DNA of 27,832 bases. Origin: Candidatus Collierbacteria bacterium CG_4_9_14_3_um_filter_43_16 (lineage in GTDB: Bacteria > Patescibacteriota > Microgenomatia > UBA1400 > MFAQ01). Made by a program: the position numbers and the translations under genes. Of this stretch, positions 22,914-27,832 are shown piece by piece. Location: positions 1-27,832 of the forward strand of contig PFUC01000004.1 in the NCBI GenBank assembly GCA_002789895.1. Reading direction: 5' to 3'. Under the pieces are notes generated by a model that did no database searches, was not told where the DNA came from, and worked only from the letters and a program-made list of their open reading frames with translations. Numbering within the stretch: the stretch's first letter is position 1; every line of letters begins with the position of its first letter.

Positions 22914-23363
22914 TTAGTTCTTGGTTGCTAGTTCTTGGTTCTTGGATTTGAGTCCAAGTTCAACGGCATAAGGGTGATCGACACCGGGAAAAACTTTGAG
23001 ACGGCGTAGCCGTGTCTGCTGGAATTTGTTTTTAGGAAGCATGCCCTTGACAGCTTTCTCGATGACTTTACGGCAATCTTTTGCTTTGAGATCTCCCAGA
23101 GAAACCTCTTTAAAACCACCGGGGAAACCTGAGTGAGAGTAGTAAATCTTGTCGGTCATTTTTTTGCCGGTAACAATGAATTTATCGGCATTGATAGCCA
23201 CAACAAAATCGCCGTTGTCCAGATGATCCCCACTGAGAGCTTTGCCTTTGCCGGTTAGGAGAGTGGCCATTTTGACGGCCGCACGACCGAGTACCTGACC
23301 ATCGAGATCGATGAGATGCCAATTATGAGAAAGATCTGAGACTTTTAAGGTGGTAGTTTTCAT
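22914..23363 (-). CDS. rplM: 50S ribosomal protein L13
   Basis: WHLID...VLGR, GDFVVAINA, YYSHSGFPGG and KGMLPKN. Confidence 0.98.
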   Translation of the reverse strand: MKTTTLKVSDLSHNWHLIDLDGQVLGRAAVKMATLLTGKGKALSGDHLDNGDFVVAINADKFIVTGKKMTDKIYYSHSGFPGGFKEVSLGDLKAKDCRKVIEKAVKGMLPKNKFQQTRLRRLKVFPGVDHPYAVELGLKSKNQELATKN

Positions 23364-23806
23364 GATTTTTTCTTAATTACTTTCTTGATTTCTTTTTTGG
23401 CGATTTCTCTGACAACCTTGGGAGCTTTCTTGGGTGTTTCCGGTAACGGAACGACCAAACTTAAAGAGGCGGTGACGGTGGAATCACCTCGCCGGACGCC
23501 AACTTTTTGAATGGTAGTAAAGCCACTGTGCCTGTCGCCCATAACGGGGATAATGAGATCAACCAATCTATTGGCACTTTTGGGACTGCCTAGCTCGGAG
23601 GAAACTAGACGACGAGAGGCCAGGGTACCACCCTGTGCTTTCGCGGCCAGCCGATCAAATAAACGTTTGATAATTTTGGCTTTGGTGACAGTGGTTGTAA
23701 GACTTCCCAGCTCGATTAACTGTTTTAACTGAACCCTGAAGAGAGATTTTCGCTCTTTGGTGTTGCGGTTTAACTTGGCAATGATTGAATGATGACGACG
23801 TCCCAT
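23360..23806 (-). CDS. rplQ: 50S ribosomal protein L17
   Basis: KLNR...RK.L, TTTVTKAK and R.SGFT.I.K.G.RRGD. Confidence 0.96.
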   Translation of the reverse strand: MGRRHHSIIAKLNRNTKERKSLFRVQLKQLIELGSLTTTVTKAKIIKRLFDRLAAKAQGGTLASRRLVSSELGSPKSANRLVDLIIPVMGDRHSGFTTIQKVGVRRGDSTVTASLSLVVPLPETPKKAPKVVREIAKKEIKKVIKKKS

Positions 23807-23809
23807 ATG

Positions 23810-24715
23810 TTATTGAATTATTACGCCTTTTTCTGCAGCTTTTTCGACCACTTGTACGGCTGATTTCTCACCGAGGTTTTTAACTTTTTTCAAGTCGCCC
23901 AAAGTGAGAGCTTTGAGATCGGCTAATTTATTAATTCCTGATTTTTTGAGAGCATTTAGCACCCTGGTAGGGAGATCTAGGTCGTCAACGAAACCGGCAG
24001 TGGTAATCTCATGGGCAGATTTTTTCTCAAGGATGTATGCTTCGGCGGAATTGACATAGTCATAAAAACTTGTCAACACGCGGGCTGCATTTTTGACAGC
24101 TTCTCCCGGAGTAATCGTACCATCAGTAGTCAAAGTGAGTCTGACCTTGTCGAAGTTGCTAGAACGGCCGACACGAGCCGCTTCGATGGTGTAATTAGCC
24201 TTGAGAACAGGGGAGAAAGAGGCATCAAGAGGGATGACTCCTATCTCATTGGTAGCATTTTCTTCGGAAGAAACATATCCCAAACCTTTACCGACAGTAA
24301 TAACGGCAGACAATTTGGCTTTGGGGGAAGTCAAATGGGCCAAGATGGTGTCAGGGTTAGCAACAGTAACATTGGAAGGAAGGTCTAAATCGGAAGCTTG
24401 AACCTCTTTGACTCCAGAAACTTTGAGCTTTATATCTACCGGTTCGTCCGAGTCGACAAAGAAATTGAGAGTTTTGAGATTAAGAATAAATTCGACAATA
24501 TCTTCCTGAAGACCAGCCAAAGTGGAAAATTGGTGAGAGACCCCATCTATCTTTACGCGGATAGCTGCTCCGCCTTCGAGAGAAGTTAATAAGACTCGGC
24601 GGAAGGCATTACCCATAGTGTGGCCAAAGTTTTGAGGAAGCGGCTCAATAATAACTTCTGCAGTATTAATTTCTTTTTTATCTTTAAGGGTAATTTTGAA
24701 GTTTGGTGCTAACAT
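23810..24715 (-). CDS. rpoA: RNA polymerase alpha subunit
   Basis: EPL..GHTMGNAFRRVLL, HQFSTL.GLQED, DASFSPV and alpha-CTD LPTRVLNALK. Confidence 0.98.
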   Translation of the reverse strand: MLAPNFKITLKDKKEINTAEVIIEPLPQNFGHTMGNAFRRVLLTSLEGGAAIRVKIDGVSHQFSTLAGLQEDIVEFILNLKTLNFFVDSDEPVDIKLKVSGVKEVQASDLDLPSNVTVANPDTILAHLTSPKAKLSAVITVGKGLGYVSSEENATNEIGVIPLDASFSPVLKANYTIEAARVGRSSNFDKVRLTLTTDGTITPGEAVKNAARVLTSFYDYVNSAEAYILEKKSAHEITTAGFVDDLDLPTRVLNALKKSGINKLADLKALTLGDLKKVKNLGEKSAVQVVEKAAEKGVIIQ

Positions 24716-24739
24716 TTTTATGTAGTAATTGTTAATGAA

Positions 24740-25363
24740 TTATCTTGAGTAGAACTCAATAATTAGATTGGTTTTAATATCTGAGCCAATTTCATCGGAG
24801 GCTGGCATACGGTCTATTTTGCCTTGGGTACCCACACGAGAGAGCCACTTGGCGGGAACATTTTTCTCAACCAGATTGGGGGCGACGAAATCGAATTTGG
24901 CCGCATTCTCCGGAAGAGAAACGATCATCCCTGGTTTGGTTTGGAAAGAGGGAACGTCGACTCTCTTGCCGTCTACCAGAACATTTCCATGAGTGACTAA
25001 TTGGCGGGCGAGTGAGCGGGAGGTGACAAAACCAAACCGGTAACAGATATTGTCGAGACGGGACTCCAAAAGCTGAATAAGAACTTCGGCGGTATTGCCT
25101 CGAGATTTGATAGCCTGCTCGTAGTAGCCGTGAAACTGATTTTCCAAAACTGCATAGAGGCGCTTGGCCTTCTGTTTTTCTCTTAACTGAATGCCGTAAC
25201 CGGAAATTCGGCCGCGAGCCCTTTTCTTACCATGTTGGCCGGGCACTTGACCACCCTTCTTTTCGATTGGACATTTGGGTGAAAGACAGCGGGCACCTTT
25301 GAGATAGAGTTTGACACCTTCTCGGCGACATAGTCTGCATTTTGGATCGATGTATTTTGCCAT
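24740..25363 (-). CDS. rpsD: 30S ribosomal protein S4 (Zn-binding form)
   Basis: Start moved to ATG 25363 (MAKYIDPKCRLCRREG). QLREKQK, LESRLDN and ARQLVTHG. Confidence 0.98.
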   Translation of the reverse strand: MAKYIDPKCRLCRREGVKLYLKGARCLSPKCPIEKKGGQVPGQHGKKRARGRISGYGIQLREKQKAKRLYAVLENQFHGYYEQAIKSRGNTAEVLIQLLESRLDNICYRFGFVTSRSLARQLVTHGNVLVDGKRVDVPSFQTKPGMIVSLPENAAKFDFVAPNLVEKNVPAKWLSRVGTQGKIDRMPASDEIGSDIKTNLIIEFYSR

Positions 25364-25406
25364 TTTTAGTTTTTGGTTATTAGTTATCAGTTTATAGACG
25401 TGAGTA

Positions 25407-25826
25407 TTAAACCCGGCGGTGTTTTCTGGGGCGACAGCCGTTGTGAGGGATGGGGGTGGTATCGGCCAGCATGTTAATTTCAACACTGGAAGTCTTTAAC
25501 ACTCGAAGGGCGGCATCTTTACCAGGCCCTGGACCTTTCAAATAAGCGTCGACACTAGTCATTCCCAGAGTTTTGGCCTTTCTGATACCTTCTTCGATGA
25601 TGGTGGTAGCCGCAAAGGGAGTAGAGCGCTTGGCGCCTTTGAAACCACAGGTGCCGGCTGAACTCCAGCAAATTGTGTTCCCATTGGTATCGGTAAAGGT
25701 GACATAAGTAGTGTTAAAGGTAGATTTGACATACATTTTCCCCTGACCGCTCTTAAAATGGATCGCCGATGTCTTTTTGGCTTTAGTAACAGATTGTTTT
25801 TTGATGGTTGGTTTTGTTTCTGCCAT
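25407..25826 (-). CDS. rpsK: 30S ribosomal protein S11
   Basis: WSSAG..GFKG.KRSTPFAA and TPIPHNGCRP. Confidence 0.98.
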   Translation of the reverse strand: MAETKPTIKKQSVTKAKKTSAIHFKSGQGKMYVKSTFNTTYVTFTDTNGNTICWSSAGTCGFKGAKRSTPFAATTIIEEGIRKAKTLGMTSVDAYLKGPGPGKDAALRVLKTSSVEINMLADTTPIPHNGCRPRKHRRV

Positions 25827-25835
25827 ATTTAAAAA

Positions 25836-26261
25836 TTATTTCTTTGCGGTAGTAGTCTTGGCCTGAGCTGTTTTAGCAGGAGCTGAAGTAGCCGCCTCTT
25901 TGGAGATGGCACCGATGGTCTTTCTCTTGCCTTTTCGGGTACGGGCGTTGGTTCTGGTTCTCTGCCCCCTGACCGGAAGGCCCATAGAGTGTCGAACTCC
26001 TCTATAAGCTTGAATTCGTTTGAGGGTTTCGATATTATTGCGAATAATTTTTCTTAGTTCACCTTCAGTGGGCATAGTTTCGATAGCCGTCTGGATGTTT
26101 TTTAACTCTTCGCCGGTAAGATTCTTGGTGCGTATAGTAGGATCTACTTGGGCTATTTTAAGAATGTCGTGAGCAATCTTCTCCCCTATACCGTAGATAT
26201 AGGTTAGAGAAATATCAATTCGCTTTTCGTTTGGGATGTCGATACCTGAAAGTCTGGGCAT
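25836..26261 (-). CDS. rpsM: 30S ribosomal protein S13
   Basis: LTYIYGIG, YRGVRH..GLPVRGQRTRTNART. Confidence 0.98.
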   Translation of the reverse strand: MPRLSGIDIPNEKRIDISLTYIYGIGEKIAHDILKIAQVDPTIRTKNLTGEELKNIQTAIETMPTEGELRKIIRNNIETLKRIQAYRGVRHSMGLPVRGQRTRTNARTRKGKRKTIGAISKEAATSAPAKTAQAKTTTAKK

Positions 26262-26290
26262 AAAAATATTTTAGATTTTATATTTAATAT

Positions 26291-26404
26291 TTATCCTTGG
26301 CGCTGCTTGTGACGAGGGTTGGTACAGATAACCAACACCTTACCATGGCGTTTAATAATTTTGCAATTTTTGCAACGAGGTCTGACGGAGGATTGAACCC
26401 GCAT
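26291..26404 (-). CDS. rpmJ: 50S ribosomal protein L36 (not in ORF track)
   Basis: Translated by hand: [37 protein letters not shown] (37 aa, Zn-binding form). Confidence 0.97.
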   Translation of the reverse strand: MRVQSSVRPRCKNCKIIKRHGKVLVICTNPRHKQRQG

Positions 26405-26451
26405 GCGCGTTTTAGTTTATTTAAATAATTATTGTTGAGAGGGAAACGAAG

Positions 26452-26670
26452 CTAGCTTGATCTATAAACTATCCTGCCTTTGTCCGTGTCGTAGTCACTC
26501 ATCTCGAGTTTGACTTTGTCTCCGGGCATGACGCGAATGCGATGAAGTCGCATTCGACCAGCAAGATGAGCCAAGATTTCTCTGCCGTCATCTAGGGTTA
26601 CCCTAAACTGCATATTGGGTAGCGACTCGGAGACGACTCCGTTTACCTCAGTCATCTGGTTTTTAGCCAT
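26452..26670 (-). CDS. infA: Translation initiation factor IF-1
   Basis: Start moved to ATG 26670 (72 aa). [28 protein letters not shown] and KGRIVYR. Confidence 0.98.
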   Translation of the reverse strand: MAKNQMTEVNGVVSESLPNMQFRVTLDDGREILAHLAGRMRLHRIRVMPGDKVKLEMSDYDTDKGRIVYRSS

Positions 26671-26686
26671 ATAAAAGTTGTGCAAG

Positions 26687-26699
26687 TGGTATTCTACCA
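26687..26699. promoter_or_regulatory. Palindromic extended -10 (TGgTAGAAT on minus for infA; TGgTATTCT on plus)
   Basis: TGGTA-TTC-TACCA inverted repeat, 20 nt upstream of the infA ATG. Confidence 0.55.
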
Positions 26700-26762
26700 A
26701 ACCCGGACGCTTATTACTAGTACCGAAGCAGGAGAGCCCACTCAATAGGGCAATTGTACAAC

Positions 26763-26782
26763 AAAAGGTCCCCTTGCGGGGA
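26763..26782 (-). terminator. Probable map terminator
   Basis: Minus strand gtccc-cGCAA-gggac followed by cttttgttgt. Confidence 0.55.
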
Positions 26783-26828
26783 CATGAACTTATCACTGGG
26801 CATTAGTCTGACATGAAGAATGATAAGG

Positions 26829-27563
26829 CTAGTTGATGCCCGTAAGGATTTTGGGGCCTTCGGGGGTGATGTAGACTGTTTCTTCGATCATGGCTGTGAG
26901 AGAACGATCTTGAGTAGAGAGAGTCCAGCCGTCCGATTCTTCGACCAAATGCCAATCTCCCATGGCGACCATGGCCTCGATAGCAACCGTTTGGTCGACA
27001 GAAAGGACAAATTTCTTACTCCTATTGTCAGCGAAACAAGGAATGTAGGGTTCCATGTGGAGCTTCCTACCTATTCCGTGCCCGGTGAGATCCCGGATGA
27101 CGTTGTACCCGGCTGTTTCCACCACGGTTTGCATAGCTAAGCCGATATCGTAAACAGTATGCCCGGGAATGGCCTCGAAAATGGCGGCGTCGAGTGCTTT
27201 CTGACAGACCTCAAGAAACTTGGCCACTTGGAGAGAGATTGGGGGTATGGCGATGGTGATAGAAGTATCCAGATGATAGCCTTCGTGGAAGAGACCCATG
27301 TCTATTTTGACTACGTCTCCTGCTTTGAAGGGAATCTTGCCGGGTATACCGTGGACAATACCCTGATTTACGTTGATACAGGTGGAGTGGTGGTAACCGG
27401 GCTCCATTTTGAAGTTTGGCCTGTCGTCCCCTTCCTTAATCAGTTTTTCTGCCTGAGCATCGATTTCCAGAGGCGTAACACCCTCTTTGACCATGCCAGC
27501 CAAGAGGCCTTTGATATGCCCGAGTCGCTTACCCCCTTCGGTCATGGCTTGGTATTTTGTCAT
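26829..27563 (-). CDS. map: Methionine aminopeptidase type I
   Basis: VHGIP, KIDMG, YHLDT, GHGIG..LH.EP and AIEAM. TAAAAT -10 lies 7 nt before the ATG. Confidence 0.97.
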   Translation of the reverse strand: MTKYQAMTEGGKRLGHIKGLLAGMVKEGVTPLEIDAQAEKLIKEGDDRPNFKMEPGYHHSTCINVNQGIVHGIPGKIPFKAGDVVKIDMGLFHEGYHLDTSITIAIPPISLQVAKFLEVCQKALDAAIFEAIPGHTVYDIGLAMQTVVETAGYNVIRDLTGHGIGRKLHMEPYIPCFADNRSKKFVLSVDQTVAIEAMVAMGDWHLVEESDGWTLSTQDRSLTAMIEETVYITPEGPKILTGIN

Positions 27564-27590
27564 TGGGTATATTTTATGACTTTATTTTCT

Positions 27591-27627
27591 GGATTGCCAC
27601 AGCTGGGTACCGAGATTCGCAATGACG
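27591..27627 (-). repeat. CGTC-type REP (subfamily A)
   Basis: Minus strand CGTCATTGCGAATC...GTGGCAATCC. Confidence 0.8.
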
Positions 27628-27633
27628 GAGAAA

Positions 27634-27660
27634 GGATTTTGAGTCAAGCCAGGGATGACG
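27634..27660 (-). repeat. CGTC-type REP (subfamily C)
   Basis: Minus strand CGTCATCCCTGGCTTGACTCAAAATCC. Confidence 0.7.
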
Positions 27661-27735
27661 GCTGATGGGTATATTTTACATTTGTTTATTCGGAGTGATG
27701 GAAAGGATTCCTGGACATTACGACTTTCGCAGTTT

Positions 27736-27806
27736 GTCATTCCGGGCAAACATAGTGCGACCCGGAATCCAGAAATACCTGGATGCCGGATCAAGTCCGG
27801 CATGAC
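27736..27806. repeat. Inverted pair of CGTC-type REPs (REPIN-like)
   Basis: Plus strand GTCATTCCGGG...CCCGGAATCCA (27736-27771) facing TGGATGCCGGATCAAGTCCGGCATGAC (27780-27806). Confidence 0.85.
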
Positions 27807-27832
27807 ATCTGTTAGGTACGGTGTAAGTGCGA

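Noticed and set aside
24740-26796. Long N-terminal extensions of RpsD (from 25486) and IF-1 (from 26796) in the ORF track
   Set aside because: Canonical N-termini begin at ATG 25363 and ATG 26670. The extensions overlap rpsK or the promoter/terminator region.
26788-26827. SAM-I riboswitch (CTTATC...GATAAG ends)
   Set aside because: Only 40 nt between the ends, and none of the P2 kink-turn/P3 core motifs are present.
27564-27806. CRISPR array in the repeat clusters (also 5124-5869)
   Set aside because: The repeats are non-identical, irregularly spaced and in mixed orientation, with no cas genes. They match REP architecture.

Overview
Mostly housekeeping window from a small-genome bacterium. 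Gene content (DUF5679, DUF3096, Memo-CapA fusion, divergent MiaA/MiaB/HU, few Shine-Dalgarno sites) suggests Patescibacteria/CPR, probably Microgenomates-like (inference). It uses genetic code 11, and nearly all genes are on the minus strand. Left to right: a small-membrane-protein cluster with a NUDIX hydrolase, rnpB, an AI-2E transporter, miaA-miaB-hup, an alpha/beta hydrolase, rny-recX-recA and tRNA-Pro(GGG). Then an accessory cell-surface block (Ig-domain protein, Memo-CapA fusion, giant alpha-2-macroglobulin-like protein), two unknown tandem paralogues, an APH-like kinase, a nonsense-inactivated REP-associated tyrosine transposase, and map plus infA-rpmJ-rpsM-rpsK-rpsD-rpoA-rplQ-rplM-rpsI. 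The standout is the alpha-2-macroglobulin-like protein. It has lost its CxEQ thioester (GDRLDQ) and carries a 129-aa Hint (bacterial intein-like) domain, CFLPGT...TAEH...VHN|E, exactly in the bait-region position. It may therefore self-activate or form covalent bonds, and it is translationally coupled to a Memo-CapA gene. Other notable items: in-frame CGTC-type REP insertions inside miaA, a promoter-backed 6S-like hairpin upstream of rny, a reduced RNase P RNA, a TRAM-less MiaB and several leaderless genes. All calls come from reading the sequence by eye; no database searches were run.
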